Assembly: GCA_965216785.1 (NCBI GenBank)
Contig: OZ244197.1
Coordinates: 704,001 to 768,000, forward strand
Direction of reading: 5' to 3'
Source: Thermodesulfobacteriota bacterium
Lineage (GTDB): Bacteria; Desulfobacterota_D; UBA1144; Nemesobacterales; UBA2774
Length of the DNA stretch: 64,000 nt
Position 1 is the first letter of the stretch, and every line of letters starts with the position of its first letter. A program made the translations under genes and the position numbers. Shown here in pieces: positions 30,664 to 39,402 of the stretch. The notes beneath the pieces were generated by a model, which searched no databases, had not been told where the DNA came from, and saw only the letters and a list, made by a program, of their open reading frames with translations.

Positions 30664-31332
30664 ATGAATAAAAAATTTCAAGAAGGTGTGAAAATAAGAG
30701 AACATTTTTCTGTATTAAAACAAAGAGACGGGGAAAATATAGGTTATTCTGAATCCGATCGAGAAGGCACTACCGCTTCATCATATATTAACGAACACGA
30801 CGACATAGAGTTTAAATTGGAAGGGAACTCTCCGCAAGGCGAACAAGATACCTTGAAGGTTTGCCAAATACTTCTGAATGTTCTAAATCAAAACGGTGGG
30901 AACTGGTCGAATCCCAAAATGAGTGATCGCGGAGTGGATTGTGTATCTGAAAACTTAAAAAATTCCTCTGAAATACTTGAAATTCAAGTTGTCAGAGCTT
31001 CCACAAACCCAGAATTATGGAAAAGCCTAGCAAACAAAGGACAAATAAACAATGAAAGAATATCTACCAGTGAAATAGTATCAGAAATTAAGAAATCTAT
31101 TGAAACTAAAAGTAACGAGCGAACAATCCCTAGCAATATTCGCCAAAGCATTACACTCGCGCTTGACGCAAATCGCTTATCTGCTTATACACTGGATAAA
31201 GTAGTAAAAAAGTTTCACGAGAAATATGCCAAAGAAGTTATATCATTAGGGTTCAAATCTATTTGGATTGTCGGACCACGAGAAGAATTGACACACCGTT
31301 TAGACATACTCCCTGAAGAAAGTGACGACTAA
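30664..31332 (+). CDS. Hypothetical protein, possible PD-(D/E)XK nuclease-like fold; AT-rich
   Basis: GVDC...EIQVV spacing and C-terminal GFKSIWIVG; composition differs from flanks. Confidence 0.45.
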   Translation: MNKKFQEGVKIREHFSVLKQRDGENIGYSESDREGTTASSYINEHDDIEFKLEGNSPQGEQDTLKVCQILLNVLNQNGGNWSNPKMSDRGVDCVSENLKNSSEILEIQVVRASTNPELWKSLANKGQINNERISTSEIVSEIKKSIETKSNERTIPSNIRQSITLALDANRLSAYTLDKVVKKFHEKYAKEVISLGFKSIWIVGPREELTHRLDILPEESDD

Positions 31333-31422
31333 AAATAGAGATAAGAATAATGCCTATAATATTTTTGTATATTTTAAGCATTTGAATGTTTAGATTAACC
31401 AAAGACAATGGAAATCTCATAA

Positions 31423-32151
31423 ATGGCTAAATATGTTGCTCCTAAGGTAGATATTTCTGCATTTAATTGTCCACATTGTAACGCATATGCACAGCAACAC
31501 TGGTACGACGTTTTTATCAGCATGTCAAGTTTGGGTAGATATACGTCTTTTCCTAGCGCAAGAATAAGCCAATGTATAGCTTGCGATGACTACACTCTAT
31601 GGTATCGATTTACTCTTAAAAGTAATACTACAACGACAAGGAATACTTCTCCGGGAATAGGTATAGAAAGCCCAGAAGTACTCGAAATATTCAAAATAGT
31701 ACTTCCTAAAAACTCAACAGCTCCACTACCCACAAAAGACATGCCTGATGAGATCACGAATATTTATAATGAAGCGAGAAACATATTAAATGAGTCACCA
31801 CGTGGAGCAGCAGCATTACTACGACTATGTGTTCAAAACCTCATACCACACTTAGGTGGAAAAGGTGAAAATATTAACAACGATATAGGTGAATTAGTAA
31901 AACAAGGATTAAATCCAATAATACAAAAATCGTTAGATTCATTAAGAGTAATAGGTAACAACGCAGTACATCCAGGCCAGATTGATTTAGAAGATGATAT
32001 AGACACTGCAAACAAGCTTTTCAAATTATTGAATACAATCGTAGAATTGACAATTACTAGAAATAAGTTTGTTGAAGAAATTTATGAGGAACTACCAGAA
32101 GATGCAAAAGAAGCAATAAAAACAAGGGACGAAAATAATGAAAAAAAATAA
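31423..32151 (+). CDS. DUF4145 (HEPN-like) domain protein with N-terminal Zn ribbon; AT-rich
   Basis: CPHC...CIAC; YNEAR...SPR.AAALLRLC; LRVIGNNAVH (RxxxNxxxH). Confidence 0.82.
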   Translation: MAKYVAPKVDISAFNCPHCNAYAQQHWYDVFISMSSLGRYTSFPSARISQCIACDDYTLWYRFTLKSNTTTTRNTSPGIGIESPEVLEIFKIVLPKNSTAPLPTKDMPDEITNIYNEARNILNESPRGAAALLRLCVQNLIPHLGGKGENINNDIGELVKQGLNPIIQKSLDSLRVIGNNAVHPGQIDLEDDIDTANKLFKLLNTIVELTITRNKFVEEIYEELPEDAKEAIKTRDENNEKK

Positions 32152-32479
32152 GATTATCCCTATTGTGATGATAATGTTATTAACCCAATGCAGTTTTGCA
32201 ATCCTATCTCATGCCGGAAGCAAATCAAGCGGGAATGAGGCTGTACAGAAGATCCACGACGGACTTGTGCTGAAGGGGATGACCAAGGCAGAGGTAGTGG
32301 AAGCTATCGGAGAGCCATGGCAGAAGGACACAACTCCAGTAAAAGCCCGCTACGGTGAGAAGTGGATATACAGCTGTGAGACCGACAAAGGGCTTACATA
32401 TGACTGCGTGTATCTGTATTTTATGGGCGGCAAGGTCAAAAACGTAGGTACTTTTTTCAATATGCCAAATGAGTACTAA
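32138..32479 (+). CDS. Small secreted protein, SmpA/BamE-like fold
   Basis: Signal peptide; GMTKAEV.EAIGEP...EKWIY...YLYF.GGKV. Confidence 0.6.
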   Translation: MKKNKIIPIVMIMLLTQCSFAILSHAGSKSSGNEAVQKIHDGLVLKGMTKAEVVEAIGEPWQKDTTPVKARYGEKWIYSCETDKGLTYDCVYLYFMGGKVKNVGTFFNMPNEY

Positions 32480-32553
32480 GAAGCTTTAACTACAACCTGC
32501 AATTGTAGTATACTTCCTCTTACAACCCAATAATTTATAAAAACGGAGATGCG

Positions 32554-33102
32554 ATGAAGAACTGTCCTAAATGTGATATTGAGCTAAAGGTGAAGGTAAT
32601 AGGCGATGTTGACGTTGACGAGTGCGAGCGCTGCGGAGGGGTGTGGTTTGACCGGGGCGAGCTTAGTGAAGCCGAAGAAGTAGCAGACCCGAATCTTGGG
32701 TGGATGGACTTTGAGATTTGGAAGCACCAGGAGCATTTTAAGGCCAAAGATACCGAGTTTAAGTGCCCTGTTGACGGCACGAATATGATAAGTATCGAAT
32801 ACGGACACACCGGTGTTAGAATTGACCACTGCGGCTCGTGCCACGGAGTATGGCTCGACAGGGGCGAGTTCTCTAAAATTATCGAGTCACTCGAAGACGA
32901 GCTTAGTAATAAATCTTTCTCTGAGTATTTACATGAAAGCATCGAGGAAGCAAAGGAGCTTGTAACAGGCGATAAGCCCCTATCGACAGAGTGGAAGGAT
33001 TTTACATCCGTGCTCAAGCTTATGCAGTACAGGCTTTTTGTCGAGAAACCCAAATTTGTCGAAACGCTAAGAGAGCTGTACGGACTAAACCCGTTTAAGT
33101 AA
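32554..33102 (+). CDS. zf-TFIIB-type double zinc-ribbon protein
   Basis: Two repeats CP.C/D...D.C..C.GVW.DRGE. Confidence 0.82.
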   Translation: MKNCPKCDIELKVKVIGDVDVDECERCGGVWFDRGELSEAEEVADPNLGWMDFEIWKHQEHFKAKDTEFKCPVDGTNMISIEYGHTGVRIDHCGSCHGVWLDRGEFSKIIESLEDELSNKSFSEYLHESIEEAKELVTGDKPLSTEWKDFTSVLKLMQYRLFVEKPKFVETLRELYGLNPFK

Positions 33103-33226
33103 TTTTCTTCACCAAAAACTTAAGAGCGGATAATTTTATTTTCATGCGGCGCTCATAAATACAACCTGACAAAAAAATCACGGTTATAATTTTTATGAGT
33201 TTAATAAAGAGGAGGATCCAACGAAT

Positions 33227-34177
33227 ATGAGAATTCTACTATCTAAAGCTACGGCGCTATTACTCACTGCAGTATTCGTAATAACTTTTGCTATTTCTTG
33301 TGATGAGAACAATAAAATGATCGGACCGTCAGACGATACGGATGATTTAATAGGCGAGGCCCCATCCCCCGGGAATGAGTTTGATATTGACACCGCAACC
33401 GAGCTTATGAGGCTCAGTCTCCAGGCATATCAGATGCTGATCGACTCTAATAATGGTGTGACTTTCACACTGCCAGAGCCATATACGCTTATTATACAGT
33501 TTCTTACGGGCGAGAATTTTTTAGGTATTGGACTCGAGCAAGAGGTCCCGATTGCATTCATAGCAACGGCGAACAATAACATATACGTTGTTTTCAGAGG
33601 AACTAAAACCATAGACGAATGGATAGCCGACGCCGACTTCCCGTTCGTTCCGTATACGAACGTGAGTAACGGTGGTATGACGGAGAAAGGTTTCACGGAC
33701 ATTTACGAGAGCCTGGGAATAGTTGAGGAGGTAAACAGCCTCGCAAAAATGGGGGACTTTGACAATGTCTATATAACAGGCCACAGCCTTGGCGCGGCGC
33801 TTGCCGGGCTGGCGCTGCCCGATATAGCCGCAAACACTGATTTTAACGATCCCGTAATCTATAGCTTCGCAAGCCCGAGGGTTGGGGATAGTGATTTTAA
33901 GAGCCGCTACGACGGTTTTGACACTGAAAGCTGGAGAGTATTTAATACGAACGACGAAGTACCCAAGCTCCCCCCGAGCGCGCTTGGTTATACGCATGTA
34001 AACACCGGGTTCCCAATCACGTTCGGAAAGCCTGTGTCGGGTCCGTTCGACTTTAAGGACATAGCGTTTAATCACGAGGGGTGTAACTACTACAACACAC
34101 TCTGTGGTATGACTAGCGACCCCACTACGTGTATGCAGATGGCGGACGGCGCGGACGGCTGTAATGCCGGCATGTAG
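33227..34177 (+). CDS. Lipase class 3 family, probable lipoprotein
   Basis: VVFRGT, YITGHSLGAALA, FASPRVG, NDEVP.LP, catalytic H in FNHEG; lipobox-like AISC. Confidence 0.88.
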   Translation: MRILLSKATALLLTAVFVITFAISCDENNKMIGPSDDTDDLIGEAPSPGNEFDIDTATELMRLSLQAYQMLIDSNNGVTFTLPEPYTLIIQFLTGENFLGIGLEQEVPIAFIATANNNIYVVFRGTKTIDEWIADADFPFVPYTNVSNGGMTEKGFTDIYESLGIVEEVNSLAKMGDFDNVYITGHSLGAALAGLALPDIAANTDFNDPVIYSFASPRVGDSDFKSRYDGFDTESWRVFNTNDEVPKLPPSALGYTHVNTGFPITFGKPVSGPFDFKDIAFNHEGCNYYNTLCGMTSDPTTCMQMADGADGCNAGM

Positions 34178-34187
34178 ATAAGTCTAA

Positions 34188-34652
34188 TTATAGAAGCTTG
34201 TCCAATATATCTGACGTGCTGTCGTTCCCGACCTCGCCGCTACGGTCGTAAACGACCTCCCCTGTTTTACTAACAATGGTTACGTGGGGAATGTAATTTC
34301 TGTAGTGCTTCTTTACGAGATTAGTCTGCTCTTTTGACCTGGGCGAGTCGAGGTCTATGATTATGAAATCTACCTTGCCCATGTATTTATCATATAGCTC
34401 AACTGTGCGCCTGGCCTGGCGCTTGGAGTTATAGCACTCACGATGATAGAAAATTATGTAGGTGGGTTTGCCAGCCTTAACTACACCGTTCCGCATATCT
34501 TTGCCTGTGATCAGCGGACCGTCGTTAGAATCGCTAGAGTAGTTAAGGTGCGGGTTTAATTTGAGGTCCGTTGCGGCAAACACCTGTCCTGAAATAACTG
34601 TTACAAAAATAATAAAAATAAGCGAAATAGCAGCTGTACGTAGCACCGTCAT
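34188..34652 (-). CDS. Secreted thioredoxin-like fold protein (single-Cys CxxS)
   Basis: Signal peptide; IIFYHRECYNS; cis-Pro-like YIPH. Confidence 0.55.
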   Translation of the reverse strand: MTVLRTAAISLIFIIFVTVISGQVFAATDLKLNPHLNYSSDSNDGPLITGKDMRNGVVKAGKPTYIIFYHRECYNSKRQARRTVELYDKYMGKVDFIIIDLDSPRSKEQTNLVKKHYRNYIPHVTIVSKTGEVVYDRSGEVGNDSTSDILDKLL

Positions 34653-34717
34653 GAATGAGTTCTCCTTTATATGATGTGTCCCTGAAATATATTCAAGATC
34701 ATGTTAAAGGATTAGAT

Positions 34718-34746
34718 AAAAAAAAGGCGCACCTGGGTGCGCCTTT
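34718..34746 (-). terminator. Intrinsic terminator after Met-rich gene
   Basis: AAAGGCGCACC/GGTGCGCCTTT with A-run (U-tract on minus strand). Confidence 0.8.
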
Positions 34747-34776
34747 CTTGAAATTTAGATAACTATAGCTGTAAGT

Positions 34777-35199
34777 TTAATATCCGCTTTTTTCCTTCAT
34801 TTTATCTGCGGCGTCATCCATCATACCTTTCTTCTCTTCCTCTACCATGCCGGCCTCGTCTTTCATCATATCGCCGCCTTCTTCCACAGCTTCTTCAGGA
34901 GCGTCAACCTTTTCTCCAGCTTCTTCCGCCATGCCCTCTTTCTCTTCCTCAACCATACCAGCCTCATCCTTCATCATACCTTCTGCCTTATCCATCATCT
35001 GATCGCTGGCGTCGTCAACCATACCTTCGCCCTTTTCCATCATCTTATCACCGGCATCCTTCATCATACCTCCCTGCTCTTCCTTGACCATGCCGGCTTC
35101 GTCTTTCATCATATCGCCGCCGGTCTCGTCTGCCGATACCGTCAGCCCGGCGAATGATACCGAAAATACTACCGCAAAAACAAAGAGTAAATTTCTCAT
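34777..35199 (-). CDS. Secreted Met/acidic-rich repeat protein (MXKDX-like)
   Basis: Signal peptide; MMKDEAGMV.EE..GM repeated three times. Confidence 0.75.
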   Translation of the reverse strand: MRNLLFVFAVVFSVSFAGLTVSADETGGDMMKDEAGMVKEEQGGMMKDAGDKMMEKGEGMVDDASDQMMDKAEGMMKDEAGMVEEEKEGMAEEAGEKVDAPEEAVEEGGDMMKDEAGMVEEEKKGMMDDAADKMKEKSGY

Positions 35200-35391
35200 A
35201 ATGAACTCCTCCTGTAGGTTTTTGATTCCAATAATAACATACGAGGATAAGAAATGTGCAGTTTTATCGGAATTAAAGTAATTATACTACATATAGTCTA
35301 AAGGTTTAGCTCACAAACTCAGTTGTGTTATCATATGTGACGCATAAAGAGCTATATATACCCTATCACCACTTAAGAGGAAGGAAGAACT

Positions 35392-36015
35392 GTGGCAAAA
35401 TCAAAAGCACGAATCGCTTCGAACGTTAAAGACAAGGAGCTTATAAATACCAGACGCGGAGAGCTGGTGAACGCGGCCGTAAAATTATTTGTGAAGAAGG
35501 GATTTCATAAAACCACTGTTAGAGAGATTGCGAAAGAGTTCGGTATGAGTATGGGAGCCCTTTACGATTATATTAGGACTAAAGAAGACATACTTTTTTT
35601 AGTCTGCGACCACATACACCAAAGTGTAAGGGACAAGCTCGAAAGATCTTTAAGCAGTGACAAAGACTCTAGAGAAAATCTGAAAAACGCAATAAGAGAC
35701 TACTTTACTATTATTGATGAAATACAGGACTATACGCTTCTTCTATATCAGGAGACAAAATCCCTTAAGCACAAGGACAGGAGCTATATACTGGCCAAAG
35801 AGATGGAGCTTACAAATATGTTTGAGAATATTATCGCTCGGGGGATAAAGGATAAAACATTTAAGATATCGAAACGTACAGCAAAAATCGTGGCCAATAA
35901 CATCATGGTTGAAGGGCAGATGTGGTCTTTCAGGCGGTGGGAGACACAGAAGAACTATTCACTCAGGAGCTACATTAATACTCAAACCGAGCTCATCCTG
36001 AACTCGCTCACGTAA
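35392..36015 (+). CDS. TetR/AcrR family transcriptional regulator
   Basis: AAVKLF..KGFH.TTVREIA...GMS.GALY.Y..TKEDIL HTH. Confidence 0.93.
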   Translation: MAKSKARIASNVKDKELINTRRGELVNAAVKLFVKKGFHKTTVREIAKEFGMSMGALYDYIRTKEDILFLVCDHIHQSVRDKLERSLSSDKDSRENLKNAIRDYFTIIDEIQDYTLLLYQETKSLKHKDRSYILAKEMELTNMFENIIARGIKDKTFKISKRTAKIVANNIMVEGQMWSFRRWETQKNYSLRSYINTQTELILNSLT

Positions 36016-36020
36016 ACAAG

Positions 36021-36070
36021 TTGACATGGGCATTAAATGGCATTACTATTAAACCGAGCAAGCGCTCGGT
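36021..36070 (+). promoter_or_regulatory. Sigma70 promoter and adjacent palindromic operator for the acyl-CoA dehydrogenase gene
   Basis: TTGACA-17-TACTAT (36021-36049); ACCGAGC-N4-GCTCGGT (36053-36070). Confidence 0.7.
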
Positions 36071-36099
36071 CGGTTTGCTAAACAGGGGGTGACGTTTTA

Positions 36100-37251
36100 A
36101 TGCCAACAATCAACATAACCGAAGAGCAGGGGATGGTAAGGAAAACTGCGCATGAGTTTTCCGAAAATGAGATAAAGCCCGTTGCTTCGGAGAACGACAA
36201 GAATCATACATTCCCTAAAGATATAGTCGACAAATTGGGAGAGCTAGGCTTTATGGGAATGGTGGTACCCGAGGAGTACGGTGGGAGCGGTTTTGACTAT
36301 TTGTCATATATCATAGCTCTGGAAGAGATATCCCGTGGCTGCGCTTCGACCGGAGCCATAATGTCAGTTAACAACTCACTCGTATGTGATCCAATAAATG
36401 TATTCGGAGATGAAAAGCAGAAAAAAACCTACCTGCCGGCGCTAACTGCGGGTAAAAAGCTCGGCTGCTTTATGCTGAGTGAGCCCGAAGCAGGCTCTGA
36501 CCCAGCTAGTATGCATACCAGAGCGGTTAAAAAAGGAAAGGATTACATCCTGAACGGAGTCAAATGCTGGATAACAAACGGAGCCGAGGCCGACTTGGCC
36601 GTGGTGTTCGCTTCTACGGACGCGACAAAAAGAAATAAAGGGGTTTCCGCGTTTATTGTGGAAATGAACTCCCCGGGAGTAATAGTCGGCAAACTGGAAG
36701 ACAAATTGGGCATAAAAGCAACAAGCACAGCCCAAATATTTTTTGAAAACTGCAAGATACCGAGCTCTAACATACTTGGGAAAGAGGGAGACGGTTTTAA
36801 AATAGCCATGCACACGCTCGACGGGGGAAGAATAGGGATTGCAGCTCAGGCAGTTGGGATCGCTCAGGCCGCTCTTGAAGACTCGGTCAGATACGCGAAG
36901 GAACGAAAGGCGTTCGGAAGGGCGATATCGAATTTTCAGGGGCTCCAGTTTATGATTGCGGATATGGCGACCAGGATCGAGGCTTCGAGGCTTCTCACTT
37001 GGCAGGCCGCAATGATGAAGGAAAACGGAGGGAAATATTCTAAGAATTCGGCTATGGCTAAGCTCTACGCGTCAGAGACCGCAATGTGGGTTACGACAAA
37101 AGCAATTCAGATTCACGGTGGTTACGGCTACACCACAGACTATCAGGTAGAAAGATATTTCAGGGACGCGAAGATAACGGAAATTTATGAGGGCACTTCG
37201 GAGATACAAAGAAATGTTATTGCCCGAGAGACGCTCAAAGAGATTCAATAA
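36100..37251 (+). CDS. Acyl-CoA dehydrogenase (short/branched chain type)
   Basis: LSEPEAGSD, LNG.K.WITNG, LDGGRIGIAAQA.G, QIHGGYGY, ERYFRDAKITEIYEGTSEIQR. Confidence 0.96.
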   Translation: MPTINITEEQGMVRKTAHEFSENEIKPVASENDKNHTFPKDIVDKLGELGFMGMVVPEEYGGSGFDYLSYIIALEEISRGCASTGAIMSVNNSLVCDPINVFGDEKQKKTYLPALTAGKKLGCFMLSEPEAGSDPASMHTRAVKKGKDYILNGVKCWITNGAEADLAVVFASTDATKRNKGVSAFIVEMNSPGVIVGKLEDKLGIKATSTAQIFFENCKIPSSNILGKEGDGFKIAMHTLDGGRIGIAAQAVGIAQAALEDSVRYAKERKAFGRAISNFQGLQFMIADMATRIEASRLLTWQAAMMKENGGKYSKNSAMAKLYASETAMWVTTKAIQIHGGYGYTTDYQVERYFRDAKITEIYEGTSEIQRNVIARETLKEIQ

Positions 37252-37288
37252 AAAAAGGAAGCCCTTAGAACTTCCAAGGGCTTCCTTT
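37251..37288. terminator. Bidirectional terminator hairpin
   Basis: AAAGGAAGCCCTT/AAGGGCTTCCTTT; longer U-tract on minus strand. Confidence 0.75.
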
Positions 37289-37434
37289 CCTAAAGGAGGA
37301 GGGTATAGGATGTCATCTTACTACTATACTCATTAATGCTTACATATATTCAGATACTCAAAAAAGTGAAAAGGATTCACCTTACATAAAACCACCAGAG
37401 TCTATCATCCTTTATCGGACTCTCTAGTCTAAAT

Positions 37435-37461
37435 AAAAAAAGGGAGCCGAAGCTCCCTTTT
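37435..37461 (-). terminator. Intrinsic terminator of IPTL-CTERM gene 1 (UUCG tetraloop)
   Basis: Minus strand AAAAGGGAGC-TTCG-GCTCCCTTTTTTT. Confidence 0.85.
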
Positions 37462-37494
37462 ATGTTTTCTAAATGTTATAAATCTAGTTTCTGA

Positions 37495-38037
37495 TTAAGC
37501 ACTTACTTGCCTGCGGCGTAGGATCACAAAACCCGCTATTCCTAAAACTGATACCATCGCAATGAGACCCCACTCTGAAAGCGTTGGAATTGCCTCGGTT
37601 CTGGAATTAATAAATGTGCAACCAAGAAAACTGGGCTCGTTACAAGTGAGAGTTACACCTGAATCGACAATTGAATAACTTACACCGTTTTCTATAAAAG
37701 GCGCCTCAGCCTCGTTCTCTGCCATACCATTAAGCCCGCCACCGCAGCTTATGTCTCTGAGCACCCATCCGTTTACATCTCCCTGCGTCACCGTTACTGT
37801 ATCACCGAACGGAATAAGGACCAATCCATCATACGGTAGAGCGAAGGGTGAAAGAGTGAACTCGCGTTCCTCAGCACCAGTAACGGTATACGGGAACTCC
37901 GTCGAGCTTTCGGGTATCGTTTCAACTCCTATCATGATGGTGCAGCCACGTTGTTGGGCGTTCACATCAGAGTTAAAAACGAGCGCGCCGGATGACGCAA
38001 TAATAGCTAGAAACAAGAGATTTATTATATACTTCAT
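37495..38037 (-). CDS. IPTL-CTERM surface protein 1 (single CnaB/prealbumin-like domain)
   Basis: Signal peptide; GWVLRDISC...CTFIN; C-terminal AIPTLSEWG-TM-RRR. Confidence 0.88.
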   Translation of the reverse strand: MKYIINLLFLAIIASSGALVFNSDVNAQQRGCTIMIGVETIPESSTEFPYTVTGAEEREFTLSPFALPYDGLVLIPFGDTVTVTQGDVNGWVLRDISCGGGLNGMAENEAEAPFIENGVSYSIVDSGVTLTCNEPSFLGCTFINSRTEAIPTLSEWGLIAMVSVLGIAGFVILRRRQVSA

Positions 38038-38127
38038 TGTATCCTCCTTTCCTTGTAGTGGGCTTTATTATAACACGACCTTGGATATATGAAATTTTTG
38101 TTATTTCGATTCTCAAGGCTATAAAAT

Positions 38128-38155
38128 AAAAAAGGGAGCCGAAGCTCCCTTTTTT
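38128..38155 (-). terminator. Intrinsic terminator of IPTL-CTERM gene 2, same hairpin as gene 1
   Basis: AAAGGGAGCCGAAGCTCCCTTT duplicated from about 37439-37460. Confidence 0.85.
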
Positions 38156-38187
38156 AATCTTTTTAATTTTGTGAATTTAGATTCTGA

Positions 38188-38670
38188 TTAAGCACTTACT
38201 TGCCTGCGGCGTATTACGAAATATCCCACTGCGCCTAAGCCCAGAACTAGAGCTACCAATCCCCATTGGGAGATAGTCGGTATAGCCTCTGTTTGGGAAT
38301 TGATAAAAGTACATGATGCGAAACCGCCATTTTGAAGGCACTCAAAACTAATACCCGAGCCTACTTTGGTAATATTCATGTTGTTAATGTTTTCGCAGTC
38401 AATATCTCTGAGCACCCATCCTGCAACATCTCCCTGCGTTACCGTTGTTATATCGGAAGCCCCAATCTTCCTGGCTTGGACGGGATTGATAGTAAACTCC
38501 TCAGGGAATTCACCTGTAACCGTATACGGGAAATCTGTGTCGCTTCCGGGTATCGTATCTACGAATATAGTAGCACTACAAAAATTTTGGGCCTTTACAT
38601 CAGCACTGAATAAAAACGCGCCGGATGACGCAAGAACAGCTACAAATAAAAGATTTACTATGTATCTCAT
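38188..38670 (-). CDS. IPTL-CTERM surface protein 2
   Basis: Start ATG 38670 after AGGAGG; GWVLRDIDC...CTFIN; AIPTISQWG-TM-RRRQVSA. Confidence 0.88.
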   Translation of the reverse strand: MRYIVNLLFVAVLASSGAFLFSADVKAQNFCSATIFVDTIPGSDTDFPYTVTGEFPEEFTINPVQARKIGASDITTVTQGDVAGWVLRDIDCENINNMNITKVGSGISFECLQNGGFASCTFINSQTEAIPTISQWGLVALVLGLGAVGYFVIRRRQVSA

Positions 38671-38797
38671 AATTATATCCTCCTTAGGTTGATTGGGCTT
38701 AACTATATCACAATAAACCCATTCTGCATAGAAAAACTTAGTAATAATGAGCAATAAAGAGGTTTGTTATTAACAGTTCGGGTTAATTTAAATTTAT

Positions 38798-39298
38798 CTA
38801 AGCATTAATCAGCCTGCGGCGAAGAACCATAAACCCCGCTAAACCTAAAACGGCTACGAGTGCTATGACGCCCCACTGAGAAAATGTCGGAATGGCTTCT
38901 GCGGCAGTGTTCGAAAAGGTGCAAAAAGCCTGGCCACCACCCTCATCGCAAGTGATATCAGCATTCTTAGCCGCAGTAGATACTGTTGTGCCTCCATTAG
39001 TCCTGCAGTTTATGTTTCTGAGTACCCAACCCTCTGGTGTATCCTCAGCTACACTTACAAAATCACCAACCTGGATATCGAAAAACTCCGTATTTTCAGG
39101 CTGAACTAGTATTTCTCTGCTTAAATCGCCCGAAACCGTGAACCTGAACAATGTACCGTCATCCGGAAACGCCTCTTTTGTTATTCCTACTTCGCATACA
39201 GAGTCTTGTGCTCTTACATCAGCACTAAACACTAAAGAAACTGAAAAAATAGCGAGTGTTATGACAAACACACCTACGAATCTATTTACATATCTCAT
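38798..39298 (-). CDS. IPTL-CTERM surface protein 3
   Basis: Start ATG 39298 after GGAGG; GWVLRNINC...CTFSN; AIPTFSQWG-TM-RRR. Confidence 0.88.
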   Translation of the reverse strand: MRYVNRFVGVFVITLAIFSVSLVFSADVRAQDSVCEVGITKEAFPDDGTLFRFTVSGDLSREILVQPENTEFFDIQVGDFVSVAEDTPEGWVLRNINCRTNGGTTVSTAAKNADITCDEGGGQAFCTFSNTAAEAIPTFSQWGVIALVAVLGLAGFMVLRRRLINA

Positions 39299-39402
39299 TT
39301 TATCCTCCAATTGTTTTACTCGGTTAAATCTTTTTAGAAACTTAGGTATGATAATACCCGACCTGGATCTAAAATATATTTTTTTTAAGAGGACGATACT
39401 CC

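Noticed and set aside
37310-37336. MSSYYYTH as a tyrosine attenuator leader peptide
   Set aside because: It follows a terminator and has no downstream plus-strand amino-acid gene to regulate
37435-38213. CRISPR array or integron cassettes from the repeated hairpin
   Set aside because: Only two copies, each a UUCG terminator of duplicated genes; no spacers, cas genes, attC cores or intI
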